This document shows, in pieces, positions 22,080 through 35,959 of a stretch of 64,000 nucleotides of DNA. The translations under genes were made by a program, and so were the position numbers. The stretch spans positions 29,750 to 93,749 of the forward strand of contig CAWHNN010000017.1 in assembly GCA_963830815.1 (NCBI GenBank). Reading direction: 5' to 3'. The notes under the pieces were generated by a model. It did not search any database, was not told the origin of the DNA, and worked only from the letters and a program-made list of their open reading frames with translations. The first letter of the stretch is position 1, and every line of letters begins with the position of its first letter. The stretch comes from an uncultured Acidobacteriota bacterium. Lineage in GTDB: Bacteria > Acidobacteriota > Vicinamibacteria > Vicinamibacterales > 2-12-FULL-66-21.

Positions 22080-22888
22080 GTGCCGCCTGTTTCATCCTCC
22101 GGGCCCACCTCCACTTCAAGCCTTCGCAGCACTATCGTCGTCATCCCGGCTCGCTACGACTCGTCGCGGCTTCCTGGTAAAGCATTGGCGGACATCGGCG
22201 GCGAGCCGATGATTCAGCACGTCTATCGCCGCGCCAGTCAGGCGCGCCACGTCGAACGCGCGTCATCGTCGCGACTGACGACACCCGCATCGTCGACGCC
22301 GTCCGCGCCTTCGGCGGCGACGTGCGCATGACGGCCGCGAGCCACCGCAGCGGCACGGATCGTCTCGCCGAAGTCGCCGCGACCATCGACTGCGAGATCG
22401 TCGTCAACGTGCAGGGGGATGAGCCGCTCATCGAGCCCGAGATGATCGACGAAGCCGTCGCGCCGTTTGCCGGCGAGCCTGGCCTGCGCATGAGCACGCT
22501 TCGGCGCCGCATCGAGGATCCCGCGGACTTCGCCAACCCGAACGTGACCAAGGTCGTCGTCGATCGCGAAGGTTACGCGCTCTACTTCTCGCGATCGCCG
22601 ATCCCCTATGCGCGCCAGGACAGCCTGGCCGCGCCGGCGTGGCGGCACGTCGGGCTCTACGTCTATCGGCGGGAGTGCCTGCTCGAGCTGTCGCGTCTCG
22701 CGCCGACCGAGCTCGAACAGTCCGAAGCGCTCGAGCAGCTGCGCGCGCTGGAGCACGGCATCCGCATCAAGGTCATCGAAACGAAATACGACTCGATCGG
22801 CGTCGATACGCCAGACGATCTCACTCGCGTCCGTAGCCGGCTGGAACAGCACGCGAGCGCGCTCGGGGTAGGGCCCCGAACGCATTGA
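22080..22888 (+). CDS. kdsB: 3-deoxy-manno-octulosonate cytidylyltransferase; one frame break near 22262; start uncertain
   Basis: [27 protein letters not shown] and YVYRRECL. In-frame GTG at 22080 (alternatives 22047 and 22065). Confidence 0.85.
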
Positions 22889-22910
22889 CAATTGGAGCGC
22901 ACAGACTGAC

Positions 22911-24582
<1,672 letters not shown>

Positions 24583-24589
24583 CGCGAGC

Positions 24590-25481
24590 GTGCAGCCGAT
24601 TCAGTTTGCCGGGCTCACGGTGGGCGGCGGCGAATCCGCTGCTGCTCATCGCGGGTCCCTGTGTCATCGAAAGCGAGTCGCACGCGATCGGACATCGCGC
24701 ATCGCGATACGCGACATCGCCGCGCCGCGTCGGCGTTCCCTACATTTTCAAGGCCTCGTTCGACAAAGCGAACCGGACATCGGGACGCTCGTTTCGCGGC
24801 CCGGGCCTCGCGGCGGGCTTGCGCGTGCTGGCGCGAGTCCGCGAGCGCGCCGGCGTGCCGATCCTGACCGACATCCACGAGCCGGCGCAGGCCGCGCCAG
24901 TCGCCGAGGTCGCCGACGTTCTGCAGATTCCGGCATTCCTGTCCCGCCAGACCGACCTGCTCGTAGCCGCCGGCGCGCACCGGCCGCGTCGTCAACATCA
25001 AGAAGGGCCAGTTCCTGGCGCCCGATGACATGCGGCACGCCATCGAGAAGGTCACGGGCGCCGGCAACCAGCAGCGTGATCGTCACCGAGCGCGGCTTCA
25101 CGTTCGGCTATCACAACCTCGTCGTCGACATGCGCGCGTTCCCCATCATGCGCGCGCTCGGATACCCGGTGGTCTACGACGTGACGCACAGCCTGCAGCT
25201 GCCGGGCGGCGGTGACGGCGTCACGGCCGGCCAGGCGGAATTCATCGAGCCGCTGGCGTCGGCCGGCGTCGCGGCCGGCGTCGATGGCGTGTTTCTCGAG
25301 GTGCACGAGGACCCGTCGCGAGCCAAGAGCGACGCGCAGAACGCGCTGCGCCTCGGATCTGCTCGAGCCGCTGCTCACGCGGCTGGTGCGCTCCATGCGA
25401 TCGCCAGCGGTCGGCGATCAGCGCCGCGAGCTGAGGCGGCTCGCGCTAGCGATGACGCGTCAGCGACGAGAGCTCGCATGA
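24590..25481 (+). CDS. kdsA: 3-deoxy-8-phosphooctulonate (Kdo8P) synthase; about 6 frame breaks
   Basis: [45 protein letters not shown] and [13 protein letters not shown]. The stop overlaps the kdsD ATG (ATGA). Confidence 0.85.
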
Positions 25482-26451
25482 CGACCGACACCGCGTCCGG
25501 GCTCGAACTGGCGCGCAAGGTCCTTCGCACGGAGGCCGCCGCCATCCTCGGCCTCGTCGACCGCGTCAACGACGAGTTCGAGCGTGCCGTCCGGCTGCTC
25601 TTCGATTGCCACGGCCGCGTCATCGTCACCGGCATGGGCAAGTCCGGTATCATCTGCCGGAAGATTGCCGCGACGCTGTCGAGCACGGGCACTCCGGCCT
25701 GGTTCCTCCACCCGGCGGAAGCGACCCACGGCGATCTCGGGGCGATCCGCGACGACGACGTCGTGCTTGCGCTTTCACACAGCGGCGAGACCGAGGAACT
25801 GCTGAGGCTGCTGGAATCGATCCGCCGCATCGGCGCGCAGCTGATCGCCATCACCGGCGATCCGGCGTCGACGCTCGCGCAGGCCGCCGACGTCACGCTC
25901 GACTGCTCGATCGCCAAGGAAGCCTGCCCGATGAACCTGGTGCCAACCGCCAGCACCACCGCCGCCCTCGCGATGGGCGACGCGCTGGCGATGACGCTGC
26001 TCGTGCGAAAGGGTTTTCGCGAGGAGCAATTCGCCTCCCTGCACCCAGGCGGCAAGCTCGGACGGCGGCTGATGCGGGTCGAGAACGTGATGCACAGCGG
26101 CGCCGCTGCGCCCATCGTGCGACGACACCGCCGATGCCGGAGGTCATCCACGAGATGTCGAGCAAGCGGCTCGGCATGACGTGCGTCGTCGACGCCGAGC
26201 GGCCGGCTGGTCGGCGTGTTCACGGACGGCGACCTTCGCCGCCTGATGAGCCGTCGGCCAACGTCCTCGCGCTGACGGCCGGCGAGGCGATGACGCCCAA
26301 CCCGATCACGATTCGCCGCGACCTTCTCGCCGTCGAGGCGCTGAAGATCATGGAGACTCACAAGATCACGTCGGTAATCGTCACCGACGTCGCGGGGCCG
26401 TCGAAGGCGTCGTGCACCTGCACGACCTGTGGCGGCATGCAGATGTTCTAA
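25478..26451 (+). CDS. kdsD: arabinose-5-phosphate isomerase (KpsF/GutQ family, SIS + CBS); 4-5 frame breaks
   Basis: [34 protein letters not shown], and the CBS region [24 protein letters not shown]. Confidence 0.85.
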
Positions 26452-26452
26452 C

Positions 26453-26983
26453 ATGTCGCGTCCAGGCCAAAGCTTCACGCATCCGCCTGCTGCTCTTCGA
26501 CGTCGACGGCGTGCTCACCGACGGCGACGGTCGTCATGCATGCCGACGGCTCGGAATCCAAGGGGTTTCACATTCGCGACGGCGCCGGCATCGTGTGGGC
26601 GCAGCGCGCCGGGCTGACTGTCGGCCTGCTGTCGGCCCGATCGTCGGGTGCGACGGCACATCGCGCCGCCCAGCTCGCCATCCGCATCGTCGAACAGGGC
26701 GTGCGGAGCAAACTGGCGGCGTACGAGCAGATCGTCCGCGACGCGCGGGTCGAGGACGCGCGAAGTCGCCTACATGGGCGACGACCTGCTCGATCTCCAG
26801 GTCCTCGCGCGCGTCGGACTTTCCGCTGCTCCGGCCGATGCGGCGCCGGAGGTTCGCGAGCGCGTCGACTGGGTCAGCAGCTGCGGCGGCGGCCGCGGCG
26901 CCGCGCGCGAGCTCGTCGAATTGGTGCTCCGCGCGCAGCAACGCTGGGACGACGTGCTGCGCCAGCATCTGCCACAGGCGTGA
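26453..26983 (+). CDS. kdsC: Kdo 8-phosphate phosphatase (HAD-IIIA); about 3 frame breaks
   Basis: LLLFDVDGVLTDG, VAYMGDDLLDL and GGGRGAARE. Confidence 0.82.
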
Positions 26984-28204
26984 TGGACGGCTACGTCGTA
27001 CTCCTCAGCGGCCTCGTTGCGTTACTCGTCGGTCTGGCAATGGGCAAGGCGTGGGAGCGCTACAAGCTACGCGACGGCCAGTGGATCGACCGCCGGCGCG
27101 CGCGCGAGTCGCCGCACTACATGCTCGGCCTCAATTTCCTCGCCGCCAACCAGACCGATTCTGCCATCGACGAGCTGACACGGGCCGCGGCGGCAGCCGG
27201 CGATCCGCTCGAGATCCATCTGATCCTCGGCAACCTCTATCGCGAGAAGGGACAGGTCGGCCGCGCCATCCAGGAGCATCAGAAGCTGCTGCAGCGCCCG
27301 GACCTGCGCAAGCTGGAGCACGCCAACGTCCTGCTCTGCCTCGGCCTCGACTACAAGCAGCGGCGGGTTCGTCGATCGCGCGCTCGAGGCGTTCAGCGAA
27401 GTGCCTGCGCCTCGATCCTGACAATCAGTACGCGTTGTCGAACCTGGAGAAGCTGTACGAAGAGCAGCACCAGTGGTCGGAAGCCTACGCGACGCGGCAG
27501 AAGCTCGCGCGGCGCGACGCCGACACCACCCACGCGCGGCACCAGGAGATCCTGGCGTTCCTCGACAACGAGCTCGGGCTCGACGCGCTCAAACGCAGCG
27601 ATCACGCCGAGGCCGCGCGCCGCTTCGAAGCAGCCATCGAGCTCGACGAGCACATCGTTCCGGCCTACCTAAATCTCGGCGATGTACGCCTGCAGAAGGG
27701 CGACATCGCCGGCGCGATTGCCGCGTGGGAGCGGGTCATCGAGAAGTCTCCCGAGCGTGCCTACCTCGCATTCGACCGGCTGGAAACGGCGTATCCGCAG
27801 GGTAACGGCCGGGATCGCTTTCCGGCGCTCTGCCGTCAATTGATCGATTCCAATCCCCTGGACTGGCGCGCCCGGCTGGCGCTCGCCCGGCACTTGTCGG
27901 CGCACGGCTCACCCGAGGCAGCCTGGAGATGCTGTTCGAGGCCCTGGTCCACAACCCGCACGCGCTCGTCCTCCATCAGGCGATCTGGAGACGTTGTCGG
28001 TGCTGAACCTGCCGCCGGCGCTCGTACGGCCGCTACGTCGACCTGACGCGCGACGCCGTTTTCTACCTCGACCCGCACATCTGCATCCGCTGCCGCTATC
28101 GCAGCACCGAGCTCCTCTGGCAATGCCCGCAATGCCACGAGTGGAACACGTTCATCGAGGAACGGATCGCGCCGGCCAAAGAAACGCTGAAGTCTGACGT
28201 CTGA
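26983..28204 (+). CDS. lapB: lipopolysaccharide assembly protein B (TPR + C-terminal rubredoxin-like Zn site); about 4 frame breaks
   Basis: N-terminal helix VVLLSGLVALLVGLAMG, TPR repeats, and C-terminal CIRCRY..WQCPQCHEWNTF. The ATG overlaps the kdsC stop (TGATG). Confidence 0.8.
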
Positions 28205-28239
28205 GGTTGGCGGCTGGCGGCTGGCTGCTGGCTGTTCCA
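28205..28239. repeat. one-armed tandem heptamer array (GGCTGGC-like x5) after lapB
   Basis: GGTTGGC GGCTGGC GGCTGGC TGCTGGC TGTTCCA directly after the lapB stop. Confidence 0.75.
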
Positions 28240-28306
28240 AGTGACCCCGGCAACCGGCGAGTTCATCATGTACGGCTACGTGCGCGTCCTGAGCTGAGGC
28301 GAGCGC

Positions 28307-28900
28307 TCAGCTGGCCACGAGCTGACCGTAGACCCGCGTCACGGCATATCCGTCTCGACGAACCCTGCGTCGGTCCGGATGACAATCGTCGGCGCGGGCG
28401 ACCTTCTCTTCGATGGGCCACTGCGCGTCGAGGCGCGCGCGCGCGGCTGCCTCCGACAGTCGATCGCGAGCCATCAGGCGGCGCAACTGCTCCGCCGGCG
28501 AGCATGCGCACACGATCACGACGTCGAAGTCGTGGTGCTGGCCGGTTTCGAAGAGGAGCGGGATGTCGGCGATCGCGACCCGGGTGCCCGCCGGCAGATT
28601 GGCGAACCACTCGCTGATACGCCGATAGACTTCGGGGTGGATGATGGCCTCGAGTTCCGCGCGCGCGACGCGATCGGCGAAAACGATGCGTCCGAGCGCG
28701 GCACGATCCAGCGTGCCGTCGGCCTGCAGCAGCCCGCTGCCGAACCGCGCGACCACGCGCGCGAGCCCGGGGCTCCCTGGCGAAACCGCTTCCCGCGCGA
28801 GCACGTCAGCGTCGATGACGGCGCTCCCCAACGCCGCGAATCGCGCCAGGCAATAGGACTTCCCTGTCGCGATGCCGCCGGTCAGGGCCACGCGGCGCAT
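28307..28900 (-). CDS. coaE: dephospho-CoA kinase; two compensating frame breaks near the 3' end
   Basis: [13 protein letters not shown]-loop, IIHPEV and DIPLLFE. Confidence 0.85.
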   Translation of the reverse strand: MRRVALTGGIATGKSYCLARFAALGSAVIDADVLAREAVSPGSPGLARVVARFGSGLLQADGTLDRAALGRIVFADRVARAELEAIIHPEVYRRISEWFANLPAGTRVAIADIPLLFETGQHHDFDVVIVCACSPAEQLRRLMARDRLSEAAARARLDAQWPIEEKVARADDCHPDRRRVRRDGYAVTRVYGQLVAS

Positions 28901-28902
28901 GG

Positions 28903-29839
28903 TCAGGCCAGAGATGTGCGCGCGACTCGCGGCCTTGACGGTGTTCTTCAGCAGAACGGCGATCGTGAGCGGTCCGACGCCGCCAGGCACCGGCGTCAGG
29001 GCCCCGGCCACGTCAGCCACCGCCGGATGGACGTCGCCGACGACGACCGATCCGCGCCGCTCGAAGTCTCCCAGCCGCTTCGAACCAGCCGCAAAGAGTT
29101 CGCTCGCGACGGCCGGGTCGGTGACGCGGTTGATGCCGACATCGATCACCGTCGCGCCCGGCTTCACGAAAGCCGGCGTGACGAACCCGGCGCGACCGAG
29201 CGCGGCGACGAGAATGTCGGCCTCGCGCGCAACTGCCGGCAGGTCCGCGCGTCTTCGAATGACAGATCGTTACCGTGGCGTCCCGCTGCAGCAGCAGCAA
29301 CGCCATGGGCTTGCCGACGATCTCGCTGCGCCCGATGATGACGGCGCGGGTCCTCGGAATGGCAATGCCGTAGTGATCGAGCATGACGATCACGCCGGAC
29401 GGCGTGCACGGCACCAGATGGGGGCGGCCCTGGACGAGACGCCCGACATTGCTCGGGTTGAAACCCGTCGACATCCTTCGCCGGATCGATGGCGTCGAAC
29501 ACCCGCTGTGCGGCGTGCTTTCCCATCGCGTCCGGCAGCGGCGACTGCACCAGGATCCCGTCGTGAACGTCGCTTGCGTTCAGGCGCTCGACCAGCGCCA
29601 GCGAAATCGTCGAGGCTCGCCGTCGCCGGCAGGCGCTGCAAATCCACCCACAAGCCGGTCTCGCTGCCGGCCTTGACCTTGTTGCGAACGTAGATCTCCG
29701 AGGCGGGATCCTCTCCGACGAGGACGATGCCGAGCCCGGGCGGACGGCCGCTGGACCGGGTGAAACGCTGGACGTCCGGGAGGACCGCCTCCCGGATCGC
29801 CGCGGCGACCGCATTGCCGTCGAGCAGCCGTGCGCTCAC
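28903..29839 (-). CDS. folD: bifunctional methylenetetrahydrofolate dehydrogenase/cyclohydrolase; 4-5 frame breaks; 3' end approximate
   Basis: [41 protein letters not shown] and [16 protein letters not shown] 29839 overlaps the permease stop (GTGA). Confidence 0.85.
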
Positions 29840-31557
29840 GGGATTCCTACGACTTCTTCGACGACCGCGTCAGCACGAAGCCCGACGACCGTGGCGACGA
29901 GCCCGACGGCGAAAATCTTGAGGCCGAAGGCGTCGGCAATCTGCCGGGTTGATGTGCAGGCCGAACCAGCCGGTCAGCATCGTGTCGAGCTCGTGCCACT
30001 TCGCCAGCTCCTCCGAGATCGCGCCCCACTCCGTCAGCAGGCCGAGCAGCGTGATGCAGAAGCCGTTGAACATCAGCATGTAGCCGGCCATCTTCAAGAA
30101 GTTGCCCAGGCTCTCGGCGCCGACTGCGCGCGGCGGTCTCGGCCGCGATTCGCGAGTTGACTGTGGGTGCGGCCGTAGAACCAGTAGATCACCATGCCGA
30201 GGTCGAGCCACACGAGGAAGCGGACCCAGGTCATGACCGTGAGGTTGACCATCAGATAGGCGAAAACACGACGCCGCACACGGGAATGACGTAGCCGAAC
30301 GGCACCTTGAACGGCCGCATCGCATCGGGCCGCGACCGGCGCAGGATGATGACGGCCATGCAGACGACGACGAAAGCAAACAGCGTCCCGATGCTGGTCA
30401 TCTCGCCGAGGACATTGATCGGCGTGAAACCGGCCACGATGGCCACGATCACGCCGGTGATCATCGTCGTGATGTACGGCGTGCGGAACCGCGGATGCAC
30501 CTTGCTGACGCCTGGCGGCAGCAGCTGGTCGCGGCTCATCGCGAAGAAGATGCGCGGCTGGCTCATGAGCATGACGAGCAGGACGCTGGTGATGCCGGCG
30601 ACGGCGCCCGCCGAGACGAGCCCCGCAGCCCAGTCCTTGTTGATCACGTGCAGCGCGTAGCCGACCGGGGCGTTCAGGAACTGCGCGTCCGCCTTGAACT
30701 GCACAACCGGGATGATGCCGCTGAGGATGCCGGCGACGGCCAGGTAGAGGACCGTGCAGATGACGAGCGACGCGATGATGCCGATCGGCAGGTCACGGCT
30801 CGGGTTCTTGGCTTCCTCGGCCGTCGTCGAAACAGCGTCGAAGCCGATGTAGGCGAAGAAGACGACCGCCGCGGCTGCCGAGACGCCCGCCCAGCCGTAA
30901 GGCAGGAACGGCGACCAGTTCTCCGGCTTGACGTAGCCGACGCCGACAACGATGAAGAACAGGATGGCGGCGAGCTTCACGGCGACCATCACGGCGTTGA
31001 AGCGGGCGCTCTCGCGAACGCCGATGACGAGCAGCGCCGAGATGACGAGGACGATGATGATCGCCGGCAGGTTGACGACCGCGCCTTCCACGCCAGCCGC
31101 CGGCGCGGCAGACATCCAGGCCGGCAGGTGGATGCTGAAAGCCCGCGAGGATGCGCTGGAAGTAACCGGACCATCCGACGGCCACCGTCATCGATCCGAC
31201 CGCGTACTCGAGAATCAGGTCCCAGCCGATCATCCACGCGAAGATCTCGCCGAGCGTGGCGTAGGCGTAGGTATACGCGCTGCCGGAGATCGGAATCATC
31301 GCGGCGAACTCGGCGTAGCACAGCGCCGCGAAGGCGCAGACGACGCCGGCCATCACGTACGACAGCACGATGGCCGGGCCCGCCTGGTTTGCTGCCGCCG
31401 TGCCCGTCAGGACGAAGATGCCGGTCCCGATGATCGCGCCGATGCCGAGCAGGGTCAGGTCCATCGCCGTGAGCGTGCGTTTCAGCGCCTTGGCACCGCT
31501 TTCGGCGTCTCCGACCAGTTGCTCGATCGACTTGGTCTTCAGGAGATTCGAATCCAT
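29836..31557 (-). CDS. APC-superfamily amino acid permease (cationic amino acid transporter-like, with C-terminal extension); about 4 frame breaks
   Basis: LGIGAIIGTGIFVLTG, FFAYIGFDAVSTTAEEAKNP and about 12-14 hydrophobic segments joined across three frames. Confidence 0.82.
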
Positions 31558-32269
31558 TCACCCTCCAGAAAAGGCAGCCAGGCCCGCGTCAGACTTCGCG
31601 GACCGTCCGTCAGCGCCCGGCATCGGCGTGAAAACGGCGGCATTATACATTGAACGGGTTGGGCTGGCAGGGCGGCGAGGAATGCGCGGACGCGCGCTTC
31701 TGCGTCGTCGCCGGCGAGAATGTCGGATATGACGGCGACCGCGGACGCGCCGGCGGCGACGACCGACGGCGCGCGCTCCAGCGTGATGCCGCCGATCGCG
31801 ACGACGGGCTTGCCGCGGCCCGCGGCGTAACTCACCAGCTCGAGCCCCCGCGCCGTATAGCCCGTCTCTTTCGTGGCGGTCGAAAAAATCGGCCCGACGG
31901 CGACGTAGCTCGCGTCGGTCGCGAGCGCCGCATCAACCTGCGCCCGGTCGTGTGTCGAGAGACCGACGATCGCGTCCGGACCGACGATGCCGCGGACTTC
32001 GGCGACTGGCAGATCGGTCTGGCCGACATGAACGCCGTCGGCGCCGGCACATCCGCGCGATATCGGCCCGGTCGTTGACGATGACTTCCTGCCGGCGTCG
32101 TGAGCGGCGGCGACGATGCGATCCGTGAGAATCGTGAAGCGGCGCTCGAGTCGTCCTTGCCGCGAACCTGAAGCCACTCCGCCCCGCCCCTGAGACAGGC
32201 CTGGGCGAGCGCCACAGGATCGATCCCGCGCTCGCGGCAGAAGGCGGTGTCGATGATGGGATAGAGCAT
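31539..32269 (-). CDS. thiE: thiamine-phosphate synthase; 2-3 frame breaks; 3' end uncertain
   Basis: MLYPIID, ADGVHVGQTDLP, VAVGPIFSTATK and VVAIGGI. The ORF runs past the expected end into the permease promoter region. Confidence 0.78.
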
Positions 32270-32276
32270 CCGTCGA

Positions 32277-32377
32277 GGTTCAGGGTTCAACGTTCAGTCG
32301 GTTAAGGGTTCACGTTTCACCGCAGTCCCGACTCGAACCTGGAACGACCGTGAACCCTGAACCCGAACGCTGAACTT
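32277..32377. repeat. heptamer hairpin element, GGTTCAG/CTGAACC class, between accC and thiE
   Basis: GGTTCAG GGTTCAA CGTTCAG .. GGGTTCAC .. GTGAACC CTGAACC CGAACGC TGAACTT. Confidence 0.85.
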
Positions 32378-32422
32378 GAGCTGATCCGGACGTCTAGACC
32401 GCTTCCGCCAACCTGCCCGCCC

Positions 32423-33773
32423 TCACTTTTTTTTTCGCCCAAGATAGCGTTCCATGAACGACGTGCTGAGGCGGCCGGCGACGAAATCAGGATCGGCCAG
32501 GATGCGGAGGTGCAGCGGGATCGTCGTCTTGATGCCGTCGATGACGGTCATCTCGAGCGTCCGGCGCATGCGGGCGATGGCTTCCTGGCGATCGCGGCCG
32601 TGCGTGATGATCTTGGCGATCATCGAGTCGTAGTACGGCGGGATGGTGCAGTCGGAGTGGGCGAACGTGTCGACGCGGACGCCCGGCCCACCCGGAACGC
32701 TGAACGCGTGGATCGTGCCCGGCGACGGCGCGAACGTACCGGGATCCTCGGCGTTGATCCGGCACTCGATCGCGTGGCCGGTGAACGTGACGTCGCCCTG
32801 CTTGAACGACAGACGCTCCCCCGCCGCGATCCGGATCTGTTCCTTGACGATGTCGACGCTGGTGATCGAACTCGGTGACCGGGTGCTCGACCTGGATCCG
32901 CGTGTTGACTTCGAGAAAGTAGAAGTTGCCCTTGTCGTCGAGGAGGAACTCGAACGTGCCGGCGTTGGTGTACTGCACCGCGCGCGCGGCATCGACAACC
33001 GCGCCGCCCGAGCTTGCGCCGCATCTTCTCGGTGACGGCGACCGACGGGCCTTCTTCGAGCAGCTTCTGATGCCGGCGCTGGATCGAGCACTCGCGCTCG
33101 CCGAGATGGACGACGGCGCCGTGGTGATCGCCGAGACCTGGAACTCGATGTGGCGCGGGTGCTCGACGTACTTCTCGATGTAGACGTCGCCGACGCCAAA
33201 CGCCGCTTCGGCCTCGCGCTGCGCGGTCTTCAGCGCCTTGCGCAGTTCGCCGAGCGCGCGGATGACGCGCATGCCGCGGCCGCCGCCGCCCGCCACCGCC
33301 TTGATGATCACCGGAAGTCCGAGATCCTTGGCGATCTTGAGCGCCTTCTCTTCGCCGTCGACCGGGCCGTCGCTGCCAGGCAGGATCGGAACGCCGGCCT
33401 TCTTCATCGCCCGGCGCGCGCGCGCCTTGTCGCCGAGCAGGCGGATGACGTTCGGCGTCGGCCCGATGAACTTGATGTGGCAGGCTTCGCAGACCTCGGC
33501 AAGGTAGGCGCTCTCCGACAGGAACCCATAGCCGGGATGAATCGCGTCGGCGCCGGTGATCTCGGCCGCGCTCAGCACGGCCGGCACGTTCAGGTAGCTG
33601 TCGGCGCTGCGCGCCGGCCCGATGCAGACGTCCTCGTCCGCGAAACGGACGTGCAGCGAGTTCTCGTCCGCCTCGGAGTACACGGCGACGGTCTTGATGC
33701 CCAGCTCGCGGCAGGCGCAAATGACACGTAGCGCGATCTCCCCGCGGTTGGCGATCAGGATTTTCTTGAACAT
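32423..33773 (-). CDS. accC: acetyl-CoA carboxylase biotin carboxylase subunit; about 4 frame breaks
   Basis: [48 protein letters not shown] and [12 protein letters not shown]. Confidence 0.9.
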
Positions 33774-33792
33774 TGTGTAGTTGTAGGCCCGC

Positions 33793-34274
<482 letters not shown>

Positions 34275-35422
34275 TCACCCTCCGTTGGCCGTCAGAACTA
34301 TGCACCCGTCACCGGTGACCAGCACGTCATCCTCGATCCGGACGCCGCCAATGCCCTCGACGTATGCGCCCGGTTCGACGGTGAAGACCATGCCTGGCTC
34401 GAGGATCAGATCGGGCTGCCCCGCGAGGGGCTTTCCAATGCGCGGCTCTTCGTGCACTTCGAGACCGAGGCCGTGGCCGGTTCCGTGCCCGAACGCCTCC
34501 TCTAAACCATATCGGCCGAGGCCGCCCTTGCTGCGTCGTCCACGGCGCTCGCCTTGACACCTGGACGAACCGCCGCAATGGCCTGCCGCTGCGCCTCTGC
34601 CACCGCAGCGAACAAACGACGAAACTCGTCACCCGTGTCGCCTAAGCTGAACCGTACGGGTAAGATCCACGCAGTATCCGTCGTAAACCCCGCCAAAGTC
34701 CAGCACTACGCCATCGCCGTCCTCAAGCCTCCGATGGCCCGGCCGCGCATGCGGCAGGGCGCTGTTTGGTCCGGACGCGACGATGGTCTCGAATGCCGGC
34801 CGCTCGAAACCGTGGCGCCTGCAGCATCGCGTCGACGTCGGCTGCTACTTCCTGCTCGGACCGGCCCGGCACGCACCAACCCGACGGCCTCAGGTATCGC
34901 GGCGCCGAGACGGCGCCCGGCTTCGCGCAACGTTGCGATTTCCGTTTCGTCTTTCACGACTCGCTGCGCTCTCGATAATCCGCTCGGTCGGCAGGAGCAC
35001 CGGGCACGCGTCGGGACTCCTGAGCGGCGTCGGCGCCGCTGCGGCCAGCGCCGACGGCGAGACGGTTGAATCGGCTGACCGGCATCCACGCGGCTTCGAT
35101 TCCGATGCGCCTCGCGCCACTCTCTCGCAGCACAGCGGCCAGCGTCTCGTCGTAACTCTGGGACGGCACCACCAACGCGATTTCCGCGGCCACGTCCGCT
35201 GCCGCCACGTAGCGCCTTCGCGGCTGTCTGGTAGCGAAAGTCCACGATCAGCGAGCATGCCGTCGGCGTCAGCACGACGAGCCCGGCGGTACCGACAAAA
35301 CCTGTCAGGTAGCGGATGTTCGGCAGATGCGACACGACCAGCGCATCCACCTGGACGGCGCGCATGCGCTCGCGCGCACGCGACAAACGGGAAATGACCG
35401 GCGCTGGTGCCGGAGCGCTCAT
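34275..35422 (-). CDS. M24 family Xaa-Pro aminopeptidase; at least 5 frame breaks
   Basis: N-terminal creatinase-like [13 protein letters not shown], then C-terminal [15 protein letters not shown] and [16 protein letters not shown]. Confidence 0.8.
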
Positions 35423-35444
35423 AGACGGCTCGTGGAGTGCCGGC

Positions 35445-35959
35445 TCAGTGCGCGGCGTGGAAGGTTACGTCCCGCCTCGCTCGCTCGATCGCTCCCGAGG
35501 AACGCCTCGAGCTCGACAAGGGCAGGTGATTCGGACTCTCTGGTCACTGCCGAAGAATGTACCGCAATCGGGACCGCTGCGGGTACTGACGGATGGCGAG
35601 GGGGCGGCCGGCGCTGGTGGTGCATCGGCCGGAACATCGTAGTGCTCCGTCTCGCCGCGCCGACCGTGGATGTCGGCCAGCGCGCGAATCGCCGCGAGGT
35701 TCTCTGGAGCAGCGCGCAGCACATCTTCCAGCTCGGACGCCGCTTCGTCATAGGCGCCGACCTCGATGAGCGCGCGGCCGAGCGTGACCCGCGCCGAGAC
35801 GTAGGCCGGGTGCCGCAGGAGGCCGGCGCGGCAGGTGTCGATGGCGTCGCCGAACTGCCCGAGGCGGCGATACTCCTCGGCGAGCGCCGCGAAGGATATC
35901 GACGCCGGGTCCCGTTGGACCCGGCGCCGCAATTCTTCAAGTCGCGCGGTGTCGGTCAT
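35445..35959 (-). CDS. TPR-repeat protein (no signal peptide); 1-2 frame breaks near the 3' end
   Basis: ORF 35465..35959 has TPR-like helices (FAALAEEYRRLGQFGDAIDTCRAGL, ARVTLGRALIEVGAYDEAASELE). The tail ALVELEAFLG.AIERARR is recovered in other frames. The ATG overlaps the upstream stop (ATGA). Confidence 0.6.

Noticed and set aside
32270-32422. Possible TPP riboswitch upstream of thiE.
   Set aside because: I could not find the conserved CUGAGA / ACCUGAUCUGGAUAAUGCCAGCG-type elements on the minus strand. The spacer is instead explained by a heptamer hairpin element. It can only be excluded formally with a covariance-model scan.
32427-32435. A run of nine T (A9 on the coding strand) at the very 3' end of accC (..GRKKK stop), considered as a slippery site.
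   Set aside because: It only affects the last few Lys codons and the stop. In an indel-prone assembly its true length is uncertain, and no alternative-frame product of interest follows.
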